Made by a program: the position numbers and the translations under genes. DNA of 64,000 nucleotides from Lepidodermella squamata (lineage: Eukaryota; Animalia; Gastrotricha): NCBI GenBank assembly GCA_047495785.1, contig JBLDXI010000002.1:1612001-1676000 (forward strand), written 5' to 3'. This document shows positions 10,628 through 22,300 of this stretch, one piece after another; positions within the stretch are counted from its first letter, which is position 1, and each line of letters starts with the position of its first letter. Under the pieces are notes generated by a model, which was not told the DNA's origin, ran no database searches, and saw only the letters and a program-made list of their open reading frames with translations.

Positions 10628-11374
10628 TTTTTGCTTTGCTACTATTCCTATAAAATAAGAAAGACTGTGTCATAAATAAAACATACACAGCAATTGCGCA
10701 ACCGACGCTTGGTGCCGGGCGGAACTACTGTGGGCCACAACAACACAACACAACAACAGTTTGTCGCGCGCGACAGAATTTTCAAGCGTGACTATTTGTG
10801 TGTGTCGCGTCGCTGTTTTCGTGCGACACACCAGCGACTGTTGAGATTCGCCAGTAGCAGTTAGCATAGTAAAATAATTTCTACGGAAAATTGTTGAAGA
10901 AATCACAAGAGACATCAGTCTGGTTATGAGAGAAAACTTAGCTAAAACGATGTTTATTGGTGAACGTCAAGTGTTGTTATGAATGACGACGATAAACGCA
11001 AAAAGCAAGTAATAATCGACGTGGCTCGCTAGTGTGCGCGCGTGCTCGTTTTTATTACCCCCTAATAATGTGAGCCGCCGACGAAAAGATGCGAGGAGGT
11101 CAGGTCAGCTTTCAAACAGCCAGACGAGGTGGCCGTTATTATTGCTGCCTGCTTTACAATTTACATGACGAAAATTAATTTTCCAATCAGGATGGCTTCC
11201 GTTGAGCGTTGAGCCAGGTGTAAATTGAGTGAAATTCGGAAGGTTTAGAGAAGTGAAGGTGCAAGAACGAGAAGCTCTTCAATTTAAAACACTCGTGTCT
11301 TTATCATATCCTCTATGGTCTTAATTGAAGAGGAAGGTCGACGCTACAATTTTTAGCAAACATGTTTTCCAGTT

Positions 11375-13190
11375 ATCATCATCATCATTTTATTGTTTTC
11401 CTTCTGATTGCACCATTTTTTGTCTTAATTTTATAAAAGAATAACAGTATTTAGGAGTGGATTTATAAATGGGCAAAAAGAGGATCGAGCGCAGAAGTAA
11501 GGCGTTGAGATAACTAGGAATCCAAGAATCGTCCCTCTTCAAGTCAGCACACGTTTTGCCATTTGCTGGAAAATACAGAAAATACGCCAAACCCCACTTT
11601 TCACTTATTTTCGGTCAATTAGTTTTGTTTAACTAAGGCCAAATTTGTAAGGACAGGCCATTCTTCCGATATAAATTTTTTGCACGAGTTGACAAAAAGA
11701 TTTATCGAAGTAATGTTAGTGATAGAGGCAGGTAGAAGGTACCATAATTTGGTTGTTCTAATAGCAAAGCTAAAGCCCCTAGGGCAAAGTGAATGTTGAG
11801 GAATTGTTAATTTGTTATTAGAATGATGTCGAGTAGTAGAGAGATTAGGTTTGAGAAAGAAAGTATCGTATTCTAGAGGATGAGACATATTATTAATTAT
11901 TTTGAACGCCATCGTAAGGTCGCGGATTAACCATCTTTGGTTTAAGGATAGCAATTCAAACTTAGCCAGCCTCTGAATATAGTCGAGGGGAGCCATAGGG
12001 GGAGATATAAATCTAGATGTGAAGTTTTTTAAGCACTTTTCTAAAAGATTACGATGCTTGAATAAATAAGGCTGCCAGACGCATGAGGCATATAGTAGGT
12101 TGGGTAAGACATAATAATTGAAAGCGCGAATTAGAACTGAGTGATTTATCTGGTGGAAAAAGAGTTCAGGATCAAACCTCAAAGGCGACGGCTTTTAGCG
12201 TCTAGTTTGTTGCAGTGAGACGAGAAGGTCAACCTGTTATCTATGATGACGCCAAGATCGCTAGTTTCTGTCACCGAGTTGATAATGTGAAGACCGAGTA
12301 GATAGTGTTATGGAGTAAGTTCTTAGATCCAAGACGAAGAATGAAACATTTTTTAAGATTAACTGATAGTTGGTGGGAAGAGAAAAAAGAATAGATAGAG
12401 TTAATATCCTGCTGTATATCAGCCGGATTTGTACCCAATTTGGGGTAAATTTTTGCATCGTCAGCAAATAATCGAATAATGCAAGATTTCACGCAGGATG
12501 GCAAGTCATTTATGAAAAGAAGGAATAAGATTGGGCCCAGCACGCTTCCTTGGGGCACACCGGAAGTGACTGGAGACCACTGACAATGAGCATTGTTAAT
12601 AACGACGCGTTGAGAACGACCAAGTAAAAAATTAGACATCCAATCAAGTAGGCGACCAGAAATGTTGTAGTGTTCTAGTTTATTTATCAGTTTTATGTGA
12701 GAGACGGAATCGAAGGCCTTTTTAAGGTCAAAGTAAATGCAGTCAACGGGGATGCCCCTGTCAAGTCTAGACGACCACTCGTTGATATTCTCGAGTAGCT
12801 GCATTTCGGCACTGCGGCCTGATAGGAACCCAAACTGTTCGGGAGATAGAATATTAGATTATTTTTAGTGAGATGAGATACCATTTCAATCCGAATACAA
12901 GACTCCATAACTTTACATGGTATACTGGTTAGGCTAATGGGCCGATAGTTTTCGGTTGAAGAGGGGGAGCCACTGTTTTTGAAAATAGGTACAACGTTAG
13001 CTAATTTCCAACAGGCTGGAAGTACACCGGATTCGAAACTTCTAGAAAAAATTAACGAAAGAGGAAATGCGAGAGAATCGGATAAGTTCTTTAATATTGT
13101 GGGGTGGACACCGTCAGGCCCCATAGAAGAATTTGCTTCGAGATTACGTAATAAAGATTCAATAGTTCTAACAGGATAAGCGGCTTGTGT
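11375..13190 (-). mobile_element. 5'-truncated, frameshifted non-LTR retrotransposon (CR1/L2-like RT)
   Basis: RT motifs GPDG, YRPISLTS, YFDLKKAFDSV, GVPQGSVLGP and FADD split over three frames; 3' end has AATAAA followed by an (ATG)n tail at ~11375-11393. Confidence 0.92.
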
Positions 13191-13450
13191 TCCAACCCAA
13201 TCCAAATTCTTTTATGGCGTGGCGGGCATAATGTTGTCCCCTAGATCACAGCCGCATTTTATGTTTTCTAAACATTGCTTCCACTTATAAATGCTGAACG
13301 GCCGTTTGAACAATAGGTGCTGTGCCCTATTAAACGTGTATCCCGTCACCCTTGAATGCAAGCTTGAAAAGTGAAACGTTTTTTTTTACCTTCATTCCTA
13401 GATTTCGCAAACCTAATAAAATCCGACAATAAAAGCCACCTTGAACCATT
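13191..13450. repeat. ~270-bp dispersed direct repeat, copy B, abutting the LINE 5' junction
   Basis: Colinear similarity to 8195-8473. Confidence 0.85.
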
Positions 13451-13815
13451 TGGTTAAGTCCTCACTTGGTGAAAATGGCTCGCTGCTCGCTGATAAAAAT
13501 ATTCGCAATATCGTCCACGTGCTATAGCTGGCACGCGACAGAGGACTGGTTAGGGAAAAAGTTCATTTGGCTTGAGACCAACGTTGCAATTTCATTAACA
13601 ATTTATTGTTCGTTCATTTTGTTTGAATGATTTTGTTCTTTGATTTTTTCGTTGCTTGTTGCTATGGCTCTTGCCAAAACATGATCTTTAACCTATGTAA
13701 AATGGAAAAATAGATAAGACATCAACATGATGCTTGTTGGAACGCCTACTAATTCAATACACTTCCTTGCCACTCGTTTCTAGATAGCTAGCTGTTGTCA
13801 TTTTGCCAATGATTT

Positions 13816-14716
13816 ATGGCGTCTCACTTGACGAAATGTTTTGTGTTATCCCTGGTTTCACGCCGACTTCTTTGCAGTAGCAGCTACAAAAACATAATAG
13901 TTGAAAAGAAGGGCGCAAAGAATGACGTCGGCTTGATTCGTCTCAATCGCCCTAAACAAATCAATGCGTTGAGTCGCGAGCTGATGAGCGAGCTTACAAC
14001 GGCCCTCAAGACCTTTGATAGCGATCCAAATGTCGGGGCTGTCGTTATCACTGGATCCGAACGCGCGTTTGCAGCTGGAGCTGACGTTACCGAAATGCAG
14101 AATTTGACGTTCACCGAAGTGACGAAAAGTGACTTCCTCGGGTATTGGCACGAAACTACACGCATTCGAAAACCGATAATTGCCGCTGTTAATGGTTTCG
14201 CAATCGGCGGTGGATGTGAACTGGCAATGATGTGCGACATCATTTACGCGGGTGAGAAGGCCCAGTTCGCGCAATCTGAAGTCCTCATTGGTATTAGTTT
14301 TTCAACAAGAACGAGAGAACTAATGGTATCAGACACATTTTACAGGCACCATCCCCGGCGGCGGTGGAACTCAGCGGTTGGCTCGCGCCATGGGAAAGTC
14401 GAAAGCAATGGAAATGATTTTGGCTGGCGAGAGAATCAACGCTCAGCAGGCTGAAAAGGCGGGATTGGTCGCCAAAATTTTCCCTGCCGATAAGCTCGTC
14501 GACGAATCTATCAAAGTTGCTGAAAAGATCGCTAGTCTTTCTCAACTGGCAGTTGCCTACGCGAAAGAAGCTGTGAATCAATCGCAAGAGCTGCCGCTTG
14601 GTGAGGGTAATTACCTTGAAAAGCGTTTGTTTTATGCGACGTTTGCAACCGCTGACCGAAATGAAGGTATGTCGGCTTTCATCGAGAAGCGCCCGCCGAA
14701 GTTCACTCATAACTGA
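13816..14716 (+). CDS. ECHS1: Mitochondrial short-chain enoyl-CoA hydratase
   Basis: Presequence-like N-terminus; [14 protein letters not shown], and [12 protein letters not shown] across intron 14291-14345; C-terminal [10 protein letters not shown]. Confidence 0.95.
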
Positions 14717-14863
14717 GAGACCTTTGTTGAACTTAATGTTGATCTAGCGAAGAACTGATAATTATTAATGACCCTGTGATAGGATTTCCTCAGCTTTTCC
14801 GATGTTGTGCCTTTAGTTAACGTTCTTTTATTTATAGGTCGTTCAAGTTGTAAAATAAAACCA

Positions 14864-17800
14864 TTAATTGTGACATTCAGTGTTTGATAATTTGCTGTAG
14901 GCGTTTTCGCGCTTTGTCATCTCCGCCTTCAGCCATGTTGGGGTGTCTCTTTTTTCGACGTTGCAGTCGATTAGTCGTTTCATGTCCTCGCGTTTTGCCT
15001 TTCGTTTTTCTGCAAATTTGACGATAATACTGCCGAAAAGGGCAAGCGCTACTACTACAGCGGAAATTCCGATGGAACCAGACAAGATCGAACTGGTGAC
15101 GGGGTAGCCGTATTTATCAACGCAAGGGAACGAAAAAGCAACACCGATGAAGCCGCCAAGAGTGACCAGACTGTTGTAAATCGCTGAAAAAATTAAAATT
15201 ATAATAAAATTTCAAAAAAATTCAAAAAAATACCAGATACAACGGAGCTTGACTTTAGATCAATTCCTACGTCTTCTTCCATGTCGAAGGCTTCGAAAGT
15301 TGAGGCAGTTGCATCGCTTACCAGTCCCATCGTTATTTCGCCCGGCTTCGGTCCACGTTTAGATTTTTGTAAAATATCGAACATCGTTTTAGACATGGGA
15401 CCCATAATCATGGCGAGAGCGATGCGTGAAAGGATGATGCCAGTGATGACGACAATGGCCAAGCTCAGAAGTGAGCCATCGTCTTGAACACCGCTCGATA
15501 CATTAAATTCATTAATTATTGAAGAAAGATTTGATGGAACCGCGGGAGTAGCTGTTTCCGGCATGTTAGCGGTCGAGTTCGGTTCGAGAATAACCTGGAC
15601 TGCCCATGAAGAAGGCCCGATGAGCTGGTAAGCTGGGCAGCCTATGAGGCACCCAACCTAAAAAATCTCGCAATTAACAGTGTTTTACTCATAATTCAAC
15701 TCAAATACCAGAATAAACGACAAGCTGAAGCCGATTTTGTCATTGATGCGGCCTATCAAAGGGCTTGTTATTGCGAACCAAGCTCCTGCGCCAAACAGGG
15801 CGACGCCAATTGCACCAGAAGATAATTTGAATTGGGACAAGTGATGAACACTCAGTGTGTTGACGAAAGTAGCGGCGGCGTAAGACATCAGAAAAGCGAA
15901 ACACGTCGCCCATGCTACCGGAGAGCGGAGGAGATCAGCCACGGGCCACCTTTGCGTTAAAAACACAAAGAGATGGATAATATAGCAATGATAAAATAGC
16001 GCGTGAAATAAAGTCATTCATTTTTCGCTTAGTAGGTATTTTTCATTTGACGCAATGTGTGTGAGCCCCGTGTTGTGCGTGCAAATTAATCAAGTAATAA
16101 AGGGTGTTTAGTGCGAAAGAACATTCTCGAACATTCTGGAATTTTCTAGATTTTTCTAAATTTTCTCGATTTTTCTAGAATGTTCTTTACTGAGTATATA
16201 TTCCCGACGTCCGCTGACCCTCTGCATCCTCTCTCAAAGCTAATTCGAAGTTACAATCTTGAACTATTACTACAAGTTTTCAACTGCGCTTTTAAACCAC
16301 TGTTTCATTGATATTGCTTGATTACCACTGCAATGTCTTCATCAACATCTCGAGCTATTGGCATTGACCTGGGCACGACGTATTCTTGCGTCGGTGTCTA
16401 CCAGAACGGCAAGGTCGAAATCATCGCCAACGACCAGGGCAACCGAACAACGCCCAGCTACGTCGCGTTCACCGACACCGAGCGACTCATCGGCGACGGC
16501 GCCAAGAACCAGGTCGCGATGAACCCGCAAAACACGGTTTTCGACGCGAAGCGCCTCATCGGCCGGCGGTTCGACGACCCGATCGTCCAAAGCGACATGA
16601 AGCACTGGCCGTTCAAGGTCGTCAACGAGGCGGGCAAGCCGAAAATCGAGGTCGAGTACAAGGGCGAGCCGAAACGATTCGCGCCCGAGGAAATTTCATC
16701 GATGGTCTTACTCAAGATGAAAGAGACCGCCGAGGCGTACCTGGGTCACAAGGTGCGCGATGCCGTCATCACGGTTCCGGCCTACTTCAACGACTCGCAG
16801 CGACTGGCCACGAAAGACGCTGGTGCCATTGCTGGTCTCAACGTCATGCGAATCATCAACGAACCGACGGCGGCTGCTCTTGCCTACGGTCTCGACAAAC
16901 AACACGAGTCGCAGGAGAAGAAGGTCCTAATTTTCGATCTTGGTGGTGGTACTTTCGATGTTTCGATCCTGTCAGTCGATGGCGGTGTCTTCGAAGTGCT
17001 GGCTACGTCAGGTGACACTCACTTGGGTGGCGAAGATTTCGACAATCGCATGGTCAACTTCTTCGTCGACGAATTTAAGCGGAAGTACGGCAAGGACATC
17101 TCGAAGAACTCACGAGCCCTCCGCCGCCTTCGAACCGCCTGCGAACGCGCGAAACGAGCCCTGTCGAGCAGCACCGAGGCCAACATCGAGATCGACTCGC
17201 TGCATGAAGGCGTCGATTTCTACTCGAAAATCACGCGAGCCCGTTTCGAGGAGCTCTGCAACGACTTGTTCCAGAAGACGATGCAACCAGTCGAGCAGGC
17301 CCTCCGCGACGCCAAGCTGGACAAATCGAAGATCGACGAGGTCGTGCTGGTCGGCGGTTCGACTCGCATCCCGAAGGTTCAGAAGCTATTGACCGACTTC
17401 ATGGGCAAGCCTCTCAACAAGTCGATCAACCCGGACGAGGCCGTCGCTTATGGCGCCGCTGTTCAGGCCGCGATTCTCTCAGGCGTGACCGACAACACTG
17501 TCAAGGACGTCCTGCTGGTCGATGTTATCCCGCTCAGTCTCGGCATCGAAACCGCTGGTGGAGTGATGACCAAGTTGCTGGAGCGCAATTCGAAAGTGCC
17601 GACTCGAGCCACGCAGACCTTCACAACGTACTCGGACAATCAATCGGCCGTGACGATCCAAGTCTACGAAGGCGAGCGGGCGATGACGAAGGACAACAAC
17701 TTTTTGGGCCGCTTCGATCTGACTGGAATCCCGCCGGCGCCTCGTGGTGTCCCGCAAATCGAGGTCACCTTCGACATCGACGCTAACTGCATCCTCAACG

Positions 17801-19173
17801 TTTCGGCGGTCGAAAAGGCGACTGGAAAATCGAACAAGATCAAAATCACGAACGAGAAACGGCTGTCGAAGGAAGAAGTCGAGCGAATGGTGGCTCAGGC
17901 CGAAAAGTTCAAGGCGGACGACGACAAACAGCGCGAACGAGTTGCGGCTCGAAACGGTCTCGAACACCTTGCCTACTCGTACAAGCAAGCTGTCGAAGAT
18001 GCGGGCGAGAATCTATCGGCTAGTGACAAGCAGACGGTCAAGGACAAGTGCCAGGAGGTGATTTCTTGGCTCGATCGCAACACGACCGCCGAGAAGGACG
18101 AAATCGAGTACAAATCGCAGGAATTGCAGAAGGCCTGCTCGCCAGTTATGACGAAACTGCATGGCGGCAACTCTTCGAGCAACACTGGCAAGACCGATGG
18201 CGGCAATCAGTCACGCTCGGCTGGCTCGACGTCAAACAACCGTGGCCCAACTGTCGAAGAAGTTGATTAAACCTAACGTGAACTAAATAGACTGACTTTT
18301 ATCTAGTGATTCAATTTTCCATGTTGATGTGAATTTTTTGAAATAAAAGCTTGAAAAAATGACAAATAGTTTTGATGTCAATTTTTTATGGAAATTGTGA
18401 GTATTAAGCTTACGGTTGGCTTGATGCAGAATTATTATCGGCAGCGGAGTTCGGTAGGTGATAGGCAACGAAGAAGCCCACCAAGGGTAGTAGCAAGCCG
18501 AACGGCAGTGTTGTAGCTGGAAACCCGCCAAACTCATAGAGAAATCCGCCAGCTAAAGGTCCAATAATCTGACCAAGCTGGTAGGAAGTTTCCAAACAGC
18601 CGTAGATGAATGAAACTCTATCGGGATCAAAAATTGGGGCGATTGCGTATAACGAGGCGCTAATTTTGATTATTCCGAGACTAAAAAGAACAGATGTCGG
18701 ATAGATTAAAGCGCGGAACGAGTTACCAGCTGGCAACCAGTGACTGAAACCTGATGAAAATTCAGAATTTTAATCTAAAAACAAATTGACCGAAAAATAC
18801 CAAGTAAAATCGTGCTAATCGTAGCTAAGGCAACACCGATGGATAAAATTAGTTTCGCCTGGACCTTGGTGATCAAATAACCTAAAATAAATCCGAAATT
18901 AAAATTCATCTATAATAGTTTTATTGAGAATTTACAAGCAACGGGATACAAAGCCACGGAAGATATGTAGATGCAGGCGTAAAACAGCCCAATTTCCGTG
19001 AGAGAAATGCCTTTATTGCCTGCTTCGGGTACAAAAAATGGCGCAAAGGTTGCCAGGTTGAATCCGAGTAGGAATAAAGCCGCACATTCGAGGGACAAAT
19101 AAAGTCGCCATTTTTTCAAACTTCTCGACGGCTTAAGAGGCAATTCTTCCGCTTCAACGATTTCTATGCTCAT
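14864..19173 (-). CDS. MFS transporter, SLC18B1-like (6 exons, with a 2.46-kb intron at 15950-18413)
   Basis: TM-rich exons: [47 protein letters not shown]; phase-consistent junction CAA CC|G TGG across the long intron. Confidence 0.85.
16118..16202 (+). promoter_or_regulatory. Heat-shock element array (~14 alternating nGAAn/nTTCn units) plus TATA box
   Basis: aGAAcaTTCtcGAAcaTTCtgGAAttTTCtaGA...TTCtaGAAtgTTCt with ~10-bp periodicity; TATATA at 16195, ~140 bp upstream of the hsp70 ATG. Confidence 0.92.
16333..18270 (+). CDS. hsp70: Inducible cytosolic Hsp70, intronless
   Basis: [22 protein letters not shown] and [12 protein letters not shown] signatures; C-terminal GPTVEEVD; no introns; upstream HSE array. 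Confidence 0.98.
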   Translation: MSSSTSRAIGIDLGTTYSCVGVYQNGKVEIIANDQGNRTTPSYVAFTDTERLIGDGAKNQVAMNPQNTVFDAKRLIGRRFDDPIVQSDMKHWPFKVVNEAGKPKIEVEYKGEPKRFAPEEISSMVLLKMKETAEAYLGHKVRDAVITVPAYFNDSQRLATKDAGAIAGLNVMRIINEPTAAALAYGLDKQHESQEKKVLIFDLGGGTFDVSILSVDGGVFEVLATSGDTHLGGEDFDNRMVNFFVDEFKRKYGKDISKNSRALRRLRTACERAKRALSSSTEANIEIDSLHEGVDFYSKITRARFEELCNDLFQKTMQPVEQALRDAKLDKSKIDEVVLVGGSTRIPKVQKLLTDFMGKPLNKSINPDEAVAYGAAVQAAILSGVTDNTVKDVLLVDVIPLSLGIETAGGVMTKLLERNSKVPTRATQTFTTYSDNQSAVTIQVYEGERAMTKDNNFLGRFDLTGIPPAPRGVPQIEVTFDIDANCILNVSAVEKATGKSNKIKITNEKRLSKEEVERMVAQAEKFKADDDKQRERVAARNGLEHLAYSYKQAVEDAGENLSASDKQTVKDKCQEVISWLDRNTTAEKDEIEYKSQELQKACSPVMTKLHGGNSSSNTGKTDGGNQSRSAGSTSNNRGPTVEEVD

Positions 19174-19364
19174 TTTTGTGAATTTTAAACGTGTTAAAAT
19201 TTAAAGTTTTTAGAATGGACTGAATGACATAAATTTGGCCTCATTGTAACCACGTGCGGTCGGGATAAAAGTTGAAGCCACGTGCCTTAAATTTTCAACC
19301 TTGAAAAGTTGGTGATGTAACTCGTGCAGCTTTTTACAAGCTGGAAGCTCGAATTTAATCGAAG

Positions 19365-22300
19365 ATGACCAATCGATTTCGTCAGATCAAATTACTGCTC
19401 TGGAAAAATTTCTTGCTGAAACGAAGACAGCCGGTAAGATTCCTTTTTAATTTTAGAATTAATTTAACTTAAATTTGAATAATTAAGGCTGTGCTATTTT
19501 TGGAATGTTTCTCGCCAATTTTATTCTTCGTTATGATTGGGACGCTGCGTTTGAGCAATTCACCGGTGCCCCAAGAGACATATTACGGCCGACCTAAGCC
19601 ACTACCATCGAGTGGTTTAATATCTGTTGCTCAAGCTATTTGCCGCGAGGTACCAACAAATGACGACGGATTACCAGCTTTCCCAACGGATTCCAAGTAC
19701 CTAGTAATTTCTTTTAATTTTTTATTAAAGTTCCCAATTTTTAGGATCTCAATGTCGTTGAAAAATCTCGACTCTTTCTACCGAAATTACGCCCAAGTTT
19801 ACCCGGAATCTTTACTGGAAACTCTGGAGAGCCTTCCTCAAATTCTCGAAGAAAATTTTGCATCTTTGCCTGAATTCATGGCAGAATTCAAAAATTTGAC
19901 TGACGAAGCGTTCGATCAAGGTGAGCCGCTCGCCAAGGTCAAGTCCGAATTTCTCAATCAAAATTATCGCAAGGTAAATCGCGCTGAACCTTTTTTAAAT
20001 ATAATTTGATTTATTCCTTATTTTAGCTTAAAGAGATTATGGTGTTTTATTCGGCCTTAAATGAAATTGGCTCCATAGCAGAATATTTTGCTATCGAAGC
20101 CTGTCAAAATTACTCGAATAGCTCGCGAAGTAAACTTGAGGAATTCATGAAAATCATCGAGCGAGTTTTGCCTGTCCTTTGCCCGGGGACGTCATCATCC
20201 GGTACAATTTTAGGCAGCTGGAAGAAATATATAAACGGCTCAGCCGATTTTGCGACTAATTTACTCTTCGAGAGAATTTCGACGACAAGCCCTCGAATTT
20301 TCTATTCGCCCCTCGGAACGGCTGCTGATGAAATAATGGCGAAAGTGAATCGAACTTTCGACGCAATTGATACGGCTAATGTCATAGCTCGTTACTGGCT
20401 CGAAGTTACCAGCCTGAAATTGGCCAAGATTTTTTCAAAGCTCGAAACGGCGCAAAATATTAAATTTTTGAACGAGGTTGCAATTTTTTTTTTAATTCTC
20501 CAAAATTTAATAGCTGATTTTCCGAAATACGTAGATTCGAGAAAGTCTGAAGTTGAAGCTGAAAGGAAAGGCCGTTGATCCGGCCTTGGATCTCTTCATC
20601 AACGCAAAGTTGGACAGCCCTGAAAGGACATTAATCAAAATCAAGAAAACGAATGACGTAGCTTGCGTCTGGTTGAAAATGGCGGGCGATTTAAATTTAT
20701 CAATAATCCGGCCTTTCGCCAGTGAGCGCAATGCCGTTGATTACGCGGCAAATCACGCTCATCGGGAAAATATCAGCGTTTTCGCTATCGTGTCATTCAT
20801 CGATATGAACAAGACTACTGATGGGAAACTACCGCGACATGTCAAGTACAAAATTCGAATGAATTCAACGCTACTGCCTACTGTCCGCCGAGTTCGGTCG
20901 TCATTTTGGACGCCGATGCCTGACAAAACGGGCGAATATTATTACTAGTAAGTGGGCCGAAAAAATCAAGAAATAACTGCTGAATTTGAGTATTTTTTCA
21001 GCCTTGGCTTCGCTTTCTTGCAAGATTTGATCGAAAGAGCGATAATCGATGCTCAAATTGGCGATGATATCATTGAACCCGGAACTTTTGCGACTAATTT
21101 CCCTGTCCCGTGCCATCGCAACGACATCTTAGCAATGCCGAATGCGTAAGCTACAATTAAAAAAATTGAAAAACAATTAAGGCGGATTTGTTTTTTAGTG
21201 TAATTTTGCCGATATTTATGCCGCTAAGCTTCATCTATCCCGCCGCGATTTTGACTCATAACTTGGTTGCTGAAAAGGAATTGCATCTAAAAGAATATAT
21301 GAAAGTAATGGGATTGAGCAGTAGCTCGCATAGCCTCGCTTGGTTTATCCTCTCCTTCACCCAAATGACCTTTTCAATGTCAGTGATTGTCGCCTTACTT
21401 CAATATTGCCTCGTCATTGTCAACAGCGACCCAATTGTTATTTGGCTAATGTTGGAGGTCTACTGCATCTGTTCGATTTCCTTAAGTTTTTTTGTTAGTT
21501 CGATATTTTCGAAGGCGAAAATCGCGGCTGCTGTAAGTGGCCTTCTCTACGTTGTCACTTACGTACCCGGAGCTTGCATAAATATTCACGATTTTCTATC
21601 ACAAACCGGTCCACCTGACTATTTGCGCCGTTTAGCCAGCTTATTCCCAACGTCGGCGTTCAGTTTATGCTGTAAATTCGTTACATTTCGAGACGCAGAG
21701 GGCGTTGGAGTCCAGTGGAATAATTTGGCTAGTTCAAATGGCGAATTTTCGATACTTGAAGCGCTGATTTTTATGGCGATGGACTGTTTTATTCTGTTAT
21801 TTATGGGTTGGTATATTGAACAAGTTCGGCCTGGTCATTTCGGAATTTCGAAGGCGTGGAACTTCCTATTTCAAACTTCGTACTGGCTAGGAAAATCTGA
21901 TCCCTTCAAATACTCGCCACTGCCAAGTGATGATATACCTTTCGAGGGGAATTTCGAACAAAATTCGAGCAAATTGAATCCAACTGTGAAAATAATTGAT
22001 TTGACGAAGCGGCACTCTTCCTCGAAAACGTGTGCTGTTGAAAAGTTGTCACTTGACCTTTATGAATCTCAAATCACTGGTCTACTAGGTCACAACGGCG
22101 CTGGTAAGTCGACGACAATGTCGATATTAACCGGAGTTTCATCGCCGACTTATGGCTCGATTCGAATTTACGGCCTTGATTTGGTTGAAAATCTCGATAA
22201 AATTCGGAATTCGATCGGTTTCTGTCCGCAGCAAGATGTCTTATTCGAAAATCTTACTCCAAGAGAACACCTTGAATTTTTCGGAGCTTTGAAGGGTAAA

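Noticed and set aside
8195-13450. LTR retrotransposon bounded by the 270-bp repeats
   Set aside because: No TG..CA ends, PBS/PPT, gag or integrase; the RT inside is non-LTR type
16342-18266. Overlapping alternative-frame and antisense ORFs within hsp70
   Set aside because: Expected by-product of GC-rich codon bias; no independent signals
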